This document shows, in pieces, positions 42,875 through 51,277 of a stretch of 64,000 nt of DNA; position 1 is the stretch's first letter; each line of letters begins with the position of its first letter. The notes below the pieces were generated by a model. The model saw nothing but the letters and a program-made list of their open reading frames with translations. It was not told where the DNA came from and made no database searches. The translations under genes were made by a program, and so were the position numbers. Source of the DNA: an uncultured Clostridia bacterium (GTDB lineage: Bacteria > Bacillota > Clostridia > TANB77 > CAG-508); NCBI GenBank assembly GCA_934141555.1, contig CAKPCK010000001.1:67163-131162 (forward strand), given 5' to 3'.

Positions 42875-42898
42875 TTTATAAAATAGATATGCTAGAAT
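42870..42898 (+). promoter_or_regulatory. Candidate promoter of the glycan locus (first GT2 gene)
   Basis: TTGACT-17 nt-TAGAAT. Confidence 0.5.
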
Positions 42899-42926
42899 TC
42901 AAGTAAAATAAAAATAGGTGATAAAA

Positions 42927-43916
42927 ATGGAAGAATTAGTAGATATATTAGTAACAACATATAATACAAATGAAAAATATTTAAGGAAGCAAATAGAAAG
43001 TATATTAAAACAAACATATAATAATATAAAAATATATATAAGTGATGATAATTCAACAGATTTAAAAGTAAAAGAAATCTTAAAAGGATATGCAGACAAT
43101 GATAAAAGAATAAGACTATTTTTACAACCTAAAAATTTGGGATATAATAAAAACTTTGAATTTTTGCTACAACAATCAACATCAGATTATATAATGTTTT
43201 CAGATCATGATGATATTTGGCATAAAGATAAAGTAGAAAAAAGTCTAAAAAAATTAAAAGAAGAAAATGTTGATATGGTATATTGTAATTGTAGACAAAT
43301 AGATGAAGATGGAGTTGTAATAAAGGAAAATTATTTTAAATATAAAAATGTACCATTAATAAGAGGAAAAAGTAAATTGGCTATATCAAGATGTGCAGGA
43401 ATAGGTTGTTCACAAATAATAACAAAAGAAGTAAAAAACAAGATGATTCCATTTAAAGATAAAGTAATAGCACATGACTGGCTTGCAGGATTTATTGCAA
43501 ATGAAGGAAAAGGAATGAGTTATATTGAGAAACCACTTTTTGATTATAGATTACATAATACAAATGTATTTGGAGGAAGAAGTTTTTCACAAAATATTTC
43601 AAGATGGAAAAAGCAAAATGGAAGCAGTTATAAATCATTTTTAGATTATAGAAAAGATGCAATAAATAGAGCATATTTAGGTGGAATTATGATGTGTTCT
43701 GAATATGTTAATAATGAAAAAGACAAAAAATTTATTGAAAAAAATATTAAATATTATGAAACTATTTTAAATGTAAAAAGTATCTATTTTAATGTAAAGA
43801 CATATTTTGATATATTAGCAGGAAAAAATGAGTTTAAAAAAATGGTAAAAGAAATAATGTTATTTCATTTTCCTATAATATCATATGTAACTTTTTTTAA
43901 TGTAAAATGTAATTAA
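42927..43916 (+). CDS. Family-2 glycosyltransferase
   Basis: ILVTTYNTNEKYLRKQIESILKQTY, ISDDNSTD, and SDHDDIW (DxD) motifs. The ATG at 42927 is preceded by AGGTGA. Confidence 0.85.
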   Translation: MEELVDILVTTYNTNEKYLRKQIESILKQTYNNIKIYISDDNSTDLKVKEILKGYADNDKRIRLFLQPKNLGYNKNFEFLLQQSTSDYIMFSDHDDIWHKDKVEKSLKKLKEENVDMVYCNCRQIDEDGVVIKENYFKYKNVPLIRGKSKLAISRCAGIGCSQIITKEVKNKMIPFKDKVIAHDWLAGFIANEGKGMSYIEKPLFDYRLHNTNVFGGRSFSQNISRWKKQNGSSYKSFLDYRKDAINRAYLGGIMMCSEYVNNEKDKKFIEKNIKYYETILNVKSIYFNVKTYFDILAGKNEFKKMVKEIMLFHFPIISYVTFFNVKCN

Positions 43917-43948
43917 AATAGAATCTTATAAAAGGGAGAATTTATCAA

Positions 43949-46333
43949 ATGAAAAAAATTAAAATATCTTTAATAATAATATTTTTAGTTCAAATAATTA
44001 TTACTGTATTTGCAAGTGAAACATTTGCGAAAGAAGCTCAAAAAACTGGGCAAAATATTTCATATGAGGCACATGTGGAAAAAATAGGATGGCAAAATTG
44101 GAAAGAAAATGGGAAAACAGCAGGAACAACAGGAGAATGTAAAAGATTAGAAGCAATAAAAATTAAAACGGAAAATATGCCTAATACAGTGAAAATAAAG
44201 TATCAAGCACATGTAGAAAAGATAGGGTGGCAAGACTGGAAAAAAAGTGGAGAAATAGCAGGAACAACAGGACAATGCCTAAGATTAGAAGCAATAAAAA
44301 TTCAGTTAGATGGAACTGAAGAATATTCAGTAATGTATAGAGCACATGTGGAAAAAATAGGATGGCAAGAATGGAAATATGATGGAGAGATAGCAGGAAC
44401 AACAGGACAATGTTTAAGACTAGAAGCAATTGAAATAAAAATAGTTCCAAAAAAAGAAAAAGCAAATATAAACATAGATACAGGAAAAGATGGAAGCAAA
44501 TATTATAAAAATGATGATATAATAATATCTGGTTGGAAAATTGCAAATATATCAAATACAAAAATTGAAGCATATTTAGATGATAAAAAAATAGATGAAA
44601 AACAAATACAATATAAAAAAAGACCAGATGTAATAAAACAAATAGAGATAGGAACAGAAGAACAAAATCCAACACCAGGTTTTAGTTTTAAAATTATAAA
44701 AGAAAATTTAAGTGATGGAAAACATACAATAAAAATAAATGTAGTAAATAGTCTTGGAAAAGTAATAGAATCTCAAAAAACAAATATAAACTATGATACC
44801 CAAATACATATAATGTATCAGGCACATGTGGAAAAAATAGGATGGCAAAATTGGAAAGAAGATGGAGAAATAGCAGGAACAACAGGACAATATTTAAGGG
44901 CAGAAGCTATAAAAATAAAACTTGTAAATGCACCAAAAGGAGCTAAAATAAAATATAGAGCACATGTAGAAAAAATAGGATGGCAAGATTGGAAATATGA
45001 TGGAGAGATAGCAGGAACAACAGGACAATGCCTAAGATTAGAAGCAATAAAAATAGAATTAGAGAATATGCCAGAATATAGTGTAAAATATAAATTACAT
45101 GTAGAAAAAATAGGATGGCAAGATACTGCAAATGATGGAGAAACAGCAGGAACAGAAGGAAAGTGTCTAAGGGCAGAAGCTATAGAAGTAAAAGTAGATA
45201 AATCAAAAAAAGAAGATAAAATAAAAATATGTATAGATAATCCACAAGAAATAGTAGAGGCAGAAAAAACAAAAATATCTGGATGGGTAATGACAAATAT
45301 AAAAAATACAAAAATTAGAGTATTGTTAGATGATAAACTTCAAAATGATAACATAATAAGAATAGAAAGACCTGATGTATTAGAAGAAACAAAAGGATAT
45401 GGTGGAGAAAAGAACAATCCACATCCAGGGTTTGAAACAACTATAGACTTAAGTGGTTTTGCAAATACCAAAAAAAGAATAAAAGTGCAAGTAATTGATG
45501 AAAAAGAAAAAATCATAAAAGAAGAATTTGTAGATATAAGTATTAAGAAAAAAATACAATATGGATCAGGCGTATATGGACAATCAGGATTAAAGGTAGC
45601 AGGAAAAGGTGGTAGTGACTTAAAATATTTAAAATATGGAAGTGGAAAAAATGTTATGTTTGCTACATTTGCAATACATGGATATGAAGACAAATGGGAC
45701 AAAGACGGATATGAATTAGTAGAAATTGCAAATAAATTTTATAATAAATTAATCTCTGATAAAGATTATGAATTAGCAGAAAAATGGACAATATATATTT
45801 TCCCAGGAGTAAATCAAGATGGATTAACAAATGGTTGGACAAATAATGGACCAGGAAGAACAACATTATATAGTCAAGCACCTGGAAATAAAGGAATAGA
45901 TTTAAATAGATGTTGGCAAGAAGGAGAAGAATATCAAAAACGTACAGATTCAAGAAATTATAATGGTACAGAACCATTTCAAGCATATGAAGCTCAAGCA
46001 TTAAGAAAATTTTTACTAGAAAATAAATCAAAAGATGGGCAAACAGTTTTAATCGATTTACATGGATGGACTCAACAAGTAATTGGAGATACAGAAATTT
46101 GTTCAATTTATAAAGAAAAATTTCCAGAAAATGCACCATCATATGGAAGATATGGAACAGGATATCTAATAGATTGGGCAAGAAAACATTTGGGCTCATC
46201 AGGAAAAGTTGCAAGATCTGCATTAATAGAATTACCTAAAGTAGGAGTAGATAATCATCAATCAGTTATAGATAAAGATTTTGCTAATAAATATATAACA
46301 GCAACTTTAAAAGTTTTGAAAAATATAAATTAG
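43949..46333 (+). CDS. Secreted cell-wall protein: signal peptide, two modules of (3 ChW repeats + Ig-like domain), and a C-terminal M14-like zinc carboxypeptidase domain
   Basis: Six copies of Y.AHVEKIGWQ.W...GE.AGTTG...RLEAIKIK (ChW repeat pattern). C-terminus has FAIHGYE (HxxE), VNQDG, IDLNRCW, and IDLHGW, as in M14 peptidases. Confidence 0.85.
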   Translation: MKKIKISLIIIFLVQIIITVFASETFAKEAQKTGQNISYEAHVEKIGWQNWKENGKTAGTTGECKRLEAIKIKTENMPNTVKIKYQAHVEKIGWQDWKKSGEIAGTTGQCLRLEAIKIQLDGTEEYSVMYRAHVEKIGWQEWKYDGEIAGTTGQCLRLEAIEIKIVPKKEKANINIDTGKDGSKYYKNDDIIISGWKIANISNTKIEAYLDDKKIDEKQIQYKKRPDVIKQIEIGTEEQNPTPGFSFKIIKENLSDGKHTIKINVVNSLGKVIESQKTNINYDTQIHIMYQAHVEKIGWQNWKEDGEIAGTTGQYLRAEAIKIKLVNAPKGAKIKYRAHVEKIGWQDWKYDGEIAGTTGQCLRLEAIKIELENMPEYSVKYKLHVEKIGWQDTANDGETAGTEGKCLRAEAIEVKVDKSKKEDKIKICIDNPQEIVEAEKTKISGWVMTNIKNTKIRVLLDDKLQNDNIIRIERPDVLEETKGYGGEKNNPHPGFETTIDLSGFANTKKRIKVQVIDEKEKIIKEEFVDISIKKKIQYGSGVYGQSGLKVAGKGGSDLKYLKYGSGKNVMFATFAIHGYEDKWDKDGYELVEIANKFYNKLISDKDYELAEKWTIYIFPGVNQDGLTNGWTNNGPGRTTLYSQAPGNKGIDLNRCWQEGEEYQKRTDSRNYNGTEPFQAYEAQALRKFLLENKSKDGQTVLIDLHGWTQQVIGDTEICSIYKEKFPENAPSYGRYGTGYLIDWARKHLGSSGKVARSALIELPKVGVDNHQSVIDKDFANKYITATLKVLKNIN
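44063..45195 (+). repeat. In-frame coding repeats (6 ChW units in two triplets, 44063-44440 and 44816-45195), with long near-identical DNA stretches
   Basis: Recurrent gcacatgt(g/a)gaaaaaataggatggcaa... and gatggagagatagcaggaacaacaggacaatgcctaagattagaagcaataaaaat blocks. Confidence 0.85.
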
Positions 46334-46342
46334 GAGTAGAAT

Positions 46343-47110
46343 ATGAAAAAAATTTTAAAGAAAATTATATTGATTTTAATATTATTGGCTCTAATTGTTA
46401 TAGGAAGTATTGTTTTAGCAAATAAGAAAAAAATCAAAAATGTCAACGAAAATGATAATAAGCAAATTGAAGAAAATACTCCAAATGTTGAAGAGAAAGA
46501 AAATTATAATATTCCAGAATCAGAAAAAGAACAAATTATAGAAGAAATAAAAGAAAATGTAGGTGCTACTGGCGATAATGCTTTATATGAAGTAAAACAA
46601 GGATATGATAATCAAAAAACAATTTCAATAAAATCAAGTGTAAAATATAAAGTAGCATTTGCTGGAATAATAAAAAATGGGCAACCTAATAAAAATGAAT
46701 TAGATGAAATAATGCAGGAAAATCATCCTCAAAAAGCAGGAATATGGATATATGAAAAAGACAGAAAAAGTTTCTTAAATTTATTGAAAAACATAACCAA
46801 AAGTGAATACGAAATAACCTCAGATGGATATTTAAAAATAACTGATAGTAAAAGCACTAATGAAAATGATAAAAAAATACAAAAAATTATAAATGGAGAC
46901 AAATTATTTGTAATAAGAATTTCAAGTATATGTTATATTATTGATGATATTACAGGAGAAATTTTGGATTATAATTTTGAACAAATAGATGAGTATCAAA
47001 CATATGAATATTTTAAAGATGAAGATAAAATGATAATATTTATAACACAAAATAAAGAAAAACAACTAGAAGAAAAAGAAATTATTCAAAGCATAATAGA
47101 TTTAATGTAA
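46343..47110 (+). CDS. Membrane-anchored hypothetical protein (255 aa), co-transcribed with the ChW peptidase
   Basis: N-terminal TM (ILILILLALIVIGSIVL). Begins 9 nt after the previous stop, with RBS AGGAG. Confidence 0.65.
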   Translation: MKKILKKIILILILLALIVIGSIVLANKKKIKNVNENDNKQIEENTPNVEEKENYNIPESEKEQIIEEIKENVGATGDNALYEVKQGYDNQKTISIKSSVKYKVAFAGIIKNGQPNKNELDEIMQENHPQKAGIWIYEKDRKSFLNLLKNITKSEYEITSDGYLKITDSKSTNENDKKIQKIINGDKLFVIRISSICYIIDDITGEILDYNFEQIDEYQTYEYFKDEDKMIIFITQNKEKQLEEKEIIQSIIDLM

Positions 47111-47135
47111 AAGGAGAGTCTTTCTCCTTTTTTTC
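47111..47135 (+). terminator. Rho-independent terminator
   Basis: AAGGAGA-gtctt-TCTCCTT followed by TTTTTT. Confidence 0.75.
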
Positions 47136-47164
47136 TTGACATTAATAGTATTTTAATATAGAAT
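47136..47164 (+). promoter_or_regulatory. Promoter of the ABC-exporter/glycosyltransferase operon
   Basis: TTGACA-17 nt-TAGAAT. Confidence 0.55.
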
Positions 47165-47210
47165 ATACGAGAAAAAATAGATTGATTTTTAGGAAGGAAA
47201 TGAAAGATAA

Positions 47211-48002
47211 GTGGAATTTTTTAAAGACGTAATAAAAAATAAAAAATTAATAATGCAATTAGGAAAAAATGATTTTAAAAATAGATTTGCAAATACAAGT
47301 TTAGGGGCAATTTGGGGATTTTTACAGCCATTCATATTTATGCTTACATATGCAATTGTATTCCAATTTATATTAAAAACAGGAAGCAGTGGAAACTATC
47401 CATATGCGGTATGGTTTTTCCCAGGAATGACAATGTGGCAATGGATAAATGATACGATAATGTCAGCAAGTAATTCAATTAGAACATATAGTTATTTAGT
47501 AAAAAAAGTAGTATTTCCAGTAAATATAATTCCAGTAATTTCAATAGTAGCATCAAGTTTTGTAGGATTATTTTTAATAGCTATTGCAACAATGATATGT
47601 ATTATATATGGATATATGCCTAATATTTTATTATTAATTTATGTAATAATAGCTGTATATGCATTTATTATAGCATTTACAAGATTCACATCAGCAGTAA
47701 CAACAATAGTACCAGACTTTTCAAATTTATTAGGAATAGTAATGCAATTATTTTTCTGGTTTACACCAGTAATATGGAATTTAAGCCAATTAGCAGAACA
47801 TCAAACTATTTTAAAAATAATGAAATGTGTACCTTTTACGTATTTAGTAACAGCATTTAGACAAGTATTTATGGATGAAAATATAATATTTGCTGGATAT
47901 GGTATATATACAATAATATTTTGGGCGATAACAATAATTTTATTTATATGGGGAAACTCAATATTTAAGAGAACAAGAAAAGACTTTGCAGATGTATTAT
48001 AA
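47211..48002 (+). CDS. ABC-2 type polysaccharide/teichoic-acid export permease (TagG/Wzm-like; GTG start)
   Basis: 263 aa, 6 TM. N-terminal ...LIMQLGKNDFKNRFANTSLGAIWGFLQPFIFMLTY is typical of TagG/Wzm. Confidence 0.85.
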   Translation: MEFFKDVIKNKKLIMQLGKNDFKNRFANTSLGAIWGFLQPFIFMLTYAIVFQFILKTGSSGNYPYAVWFFPGMTMWQWINDTIMSASNSIRTYSYLVKKVVFPVNIIPVISIVASSFVGLFLIAIATMICIIYGYMPNILLLIYVIIAVYAFIIAFTRFTSAVTTIVPDFSNLLGIVMQLFFWFTPVIWNLSQLAEHQTILKIMKCVPFTYLVTAFRQVFMDENIIFAGYGIYTIIFWAITIILFIWGNSIFKRTRKDFADVL

Positions 48003-48009
48003 AATATGA

Positions 48010-48942
48010 ATGAATTTGGAGCTTTTTAGAATGAATAAAAAAAATAAAACTCAAAAGAAAAAAATATTAATAATAATTTTAATTATGATAATTATTTTTA
48101 TAGGAATTGTAGAGATAATTAAAAAAAATGAAAAATATATAGAATTAACTCAATTAAAAGATAATAGTGCAAATCAAATGATGGGATATATAATGAAAAC
48201 GTCAACTGGAAAAGTAATAGTAGTTGATGGAGGAAATGATGCAGATGAGCCTAATTTAGTAGAACATATTAAAGCATTAGGAAATAAAGTTGATGTATGG
48301 TTTATCACACACCCACATGGAGATCATGCAAGTGCAATTATAAGAGTAATTGAAGAAACAGATATTCCAATCGAAAAAATTTATTATACAATGAATGATT
48401 TAGAATGGTATAAAAATTATGCTGAAGAAAGAGCAGGGGAAGCAGAAAGATTTTATAATGCACTACAAAATGAAAGAATAAAAGATAATATTGAGGAAGT
48501 TAAATTAAATCAGATTATAAATATAGATTTTATAAAATGTGAAATATTAGGTGTGAAAAATCCTGAAATAACAAATAATGCATTTAATAATTCAAGTATG
48601 GTAATAAAAATGAACTTAGAAAAATCATCAATACTATTTTTAGGAGATACTGGTGAAGAAAGTGGAGATAAATTATTAAATACTCAAAAAGACAAATTAA
48701 AATCAGATATTGTACAAGTAGCACATCATGGACAAAGAGGCGCAAAAGAGAGTTTATATCAAGAAATAAAACCAACTATATGTTTGTGGCCAACACCAAA
48801 ATGGCTTTGGGATAATGATAATGGTGGAGGAAAAGATTCAGGACAATGGAAGACCTTAGAAACTAGAGCATGGATGGAGAAATTAGGGGTCAAAAAAAAT
48901 ATAGTTGAAAAAGATGGAGATATTACTATAAAAGTAAAATAA
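48010..48942 (+). CDS. Membrane-anchored MBL-fold metallo-hydrolase (probable start ATG 48031)
   Basis: N-terminal TM. HxHxDH motif (ITHPHGDHASAI) and a distal VAHHG. Confidence 0.8.
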   Translation: MNLELFRMNKKNKTQKKKILIIILIMIIIFIGIVEIIKKNEKYIELTQLKDNSANQMMGYIMKTSTGKVIVVDGGNDADEPNLVEHIKALGNKVDVWFITHPHGDHASAIIRVIEETDIPIEKIYYTMNDLEWYKNYAEERAGEAERFYNALQNERIKDNIEEVKLNQIINIDFIKCEILGVKNPEITNNAFNNSSMVIKMNLEKSSILFLGDTGEESGDKLLNTQKDKLKSDIVQVAHHGQRGAKESLYQEIKPTICLWPTPKWLWDNDNGGGKDSGQWKTLETRAWMEKLGVKKNIVEKDGDITIKVK

Positions 48943-48992
48943 AATTTTTTCTCTAAACAAAGTTGCTCCTTAAGAAAGGAATGAAATAAGTA

Positions 48993-50315
48993 ATGGAAGA
49001 AAATAAACAACCAGAAACTGTAATTAGTATAAAAAATTTAACAAAAGAATATAAAATGTATCCAAGAAAAAAAGATAGATTAATAGAAACAATTTTTCCA
49101 AGTATTAAAAGACATAGTACTTTTAAAGCATTAGATGATTTAAACTTAGAAATAAAAAAAGGAGAAATTCTTGGAATATTAGGAAAAAATGGGGCTGGAA
49201 AATCAACCTTGTTAAAAATTGTCACAGGTGTAGTAGTACCTACTTCTGGTGAAGTAAAAGTTAATGGAAAAATTAGTTCTTTACTAGAATTAGGAACAGC
49301 ATTTAATATGGAATTAACAGGAATAGAAAATATTTATCAACATGGACAAGTAATGGGCTTAACTAATGAAGAAATAGAAGCTACCAAACAAGATGTAATA
49401 GATTTTGCTGACATAGGAGACCATTTATATCAACCAGTAAAAACATATTCTTCAGGAATGTTTGCAAGACTTGCATTTGCTTGTGCAATAAATGTTGATC
49501 CAGAAATTTTAATAGTTGATGAAGTTTTATCTGTTGGAGATATGGCATTTCAATTAAAATGTTTCAAAAAATTCCAACAATTTAAAGAAAGAGGAAAAAC
49601 AATTTTATTTGTAACACATAGTATAGGAGATGTTCTAAAAAACTGTACTAGAACAATAATATTAGAAAATGGTAAAAAAACATTTGATGGTGATGTAAAA
49701 GATGGTGTTGAATTATATAAAAAAATTATAACAGGAAATGCACCATCACAAGTAAAAGAAAATCCAAAACAAGAAAAAGCAAAAGAAGAAAATAAAAAAG
49801 AAAAAAAGACTATAAAAGAAAAAGATCCTAATACATGGAAATCACATTTTAATGAAAATCCAAATCTTATCGAATATGGAAATTTAAGAGCAGAAGTAAT
49901 AGATTATGGTATTTTTGATGAAAATAACAATTATTTAAATGTAATTGATAATGAAAAAACAGTAGTTTTAAAATCAAAAGTAAAATTTAATGATGAAGTA
50001 GATAATCCAATTTTCACAATGACTGTAAAAGATTTTCAGGGAAATGATATAGCTGGAACAAATTCTATGATTGAAAAAGTTTATCCAGGTAAATTTCATA
50101 AAGGTGATATTGTAGAAGCAGAATTCAAACAAAAATTACCATTAGCACCAAATAAATATACATTATCATTTAGTTGTACACATATAAATGCAAATGGTGA
50201 ATTAGAAGTACTTAATAGAAAATATGAAGCATTATTAATTGAAATTGTATCAACAAAAGATAATGTTGGATTAGTAAAATTGGATACAAAGATGAGTATA
50301 AAAAAGGTAGATTAA
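48993..50315 (+). CDS. Polysaccharide/teichoic-acid export ATP-binding protein (TagH/Wzt-like) with a C-terminal Wzt_C-like beta-sandwich extension
   Basis: Walker A GKNGAGKST, signature YSSGMFARLAFA, Walker B ILIVDEVLSVGD. A K/E linker is followed by a domain of about 155 aa (nt 49845-50312). Confidence 0.9.
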   Translation: MEENKQPETVISIKNLTKEYKMYPRKKDRLIETIFPSIKRHSTFKALDDLNLEIKKGEILGILGKNGAGKSTLLKIVTGVVVPTSGEVKVNGKISSLLELGTAFNMELTGIENIYQHGQVMGLTNEEIEATKQDVIDFADIGDHLYQPVKTYSSGMFARLAFACAINVDPEILIVDEVLSVGDMAFQLKCFKKFQQFKERGKTILFVTHSIGDVLKNCTRTIILENGKKTFDGDVKDGVELYKKIITGNAPSQVKENPKQEKAKEENKKEKKTIKEKDPNTWKSHFNENPNLIEYGNLRAEVIDYGIFDENNNYLNVIDNEKTVVLKSKVKFNDEVDNPIFTMTVKDFQGNDIAGTNSMIEKVYPGKFHKGDIVEAEFKQKLPLAPNKYTLSFSCTHINANGELEVLNRKYEALLIEIVSTKDNVGLVKLDTKMSIKKVD

Positions 50316-50317
50316 AT

Positions 50318-51274
50318 ATGGATAAAATAGACATATTAATGGCAACATATAATGGAGAAAAATATTTGAAAGAACAAATAGAAAGTATTTTAAATCAAAC
50401 ATATTCTAATTTTAGATTAATCGTTTCTGATGATTGTTCTACAGACAATACTAGAAAGATATTAGAAGAATATCAAAAAAAAGATAATAGAATAGAAATA
50501 TATTATCAAGATAAAAATTTAGGATATATAAAGAATTTTGAATTTCTTTTAAATAAAGTAGAAAATAATTTTTATATGTTGTCAGACCAAGATGATATTT
50601 GGATTTTAAACAAAATTGAAAAAAGTATGAAAACACTAAAACAAGAAAATGCAGATTTAGTATTTTGTGATTTAATGTTAATTAATCAGAATGGTGAAAA
50701 AATATCTGATTCATTTTGGAAAGAAAAAAAATTTTATAATAAAATAAAAAAAGATAAAAGCAGAAAAGGGTTAAGATTAAATAATTATATTACTGGATGT
50801 ACAATCTTATCTAAGAAGGAATTTTTAAAATATATTTTACCAATTCCGAAAGATACAAAATATTTAATTCATGATTATTGGATTGCTATTATATTAAGTC
50901 TAAAAGGAAAAATTACTTATATAGAAGAACCACTTGTAAAATATAGACAACATCAAGATAATCAAGTTGGATATAAAATGAAAAGCAAAGAATTAAAAAA
51001 TATCAATGAAATAAGGAATATGTTTATAGATGTCAAAATAGAGCTGTTTGATATATATTGTAAACATGATGAATTGTTTGATACTAATGAAAGAAAAATG
51101 AATCAAAAAGCATTAGAATATTTTAAAGAATTAAAAAATGTAAAAAATATTTGTTGTAAAAACTGGTTGTTTTTTGGAAAATTATATTATTATGAAAATA
51201 TTATTTATAAAATTGCAAATTTCATAATTTTAAATGTTCCAATAATAGCAAAGCAAATATATAAAAGGAGATAG
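50318..51274 (+). CDS. Family-2 glycosyltransferase (paralog of 42927-43916)
   Basis: ILMATYNGEKYLKEQIESILNQTY, VSDDCSTD, and SDQDDIW. Colinear with the first GT2. Confidence 0.85.
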   Translation: MDKIDILMATYNGEKYLKEQIESILNQTYSNFRLIVSDDCSTDNTRKILEEYQKKDNRIEIYYQDKNLGYIKNFEFLLNKVENNFYMLSDQDDIWILNKIEKSMKTLKQENADLVFCDLMLINQNGEKISDSFWKEKKFYNKIKKDKSRKGLRLNNYITGCTILSKKEFLKYILPIPKDTKYLIHDYWIAIILSLKGKITYIEEPLVKYRQHQDNQVGYKMKSKELKNINEIRNMFIDVKIELFDIYCKHDELFDTNERKMNQKALEYFKELKNVKNICCKNWLFFGKLYYYENIIYKIANFIILNVPIIAKQIYKRR

Positions 51275-51277
51275 AAC

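Noticed and set aside
44063-45195. Repeated DNA that could be mistaken for a CRISPR array or a mobile-element repeat
   Set aside because: The repeats are about 100-nt in-frame units encoding ChW protein repeats within one long ORF. There are no short, regularly spaced repeat-spacer units.
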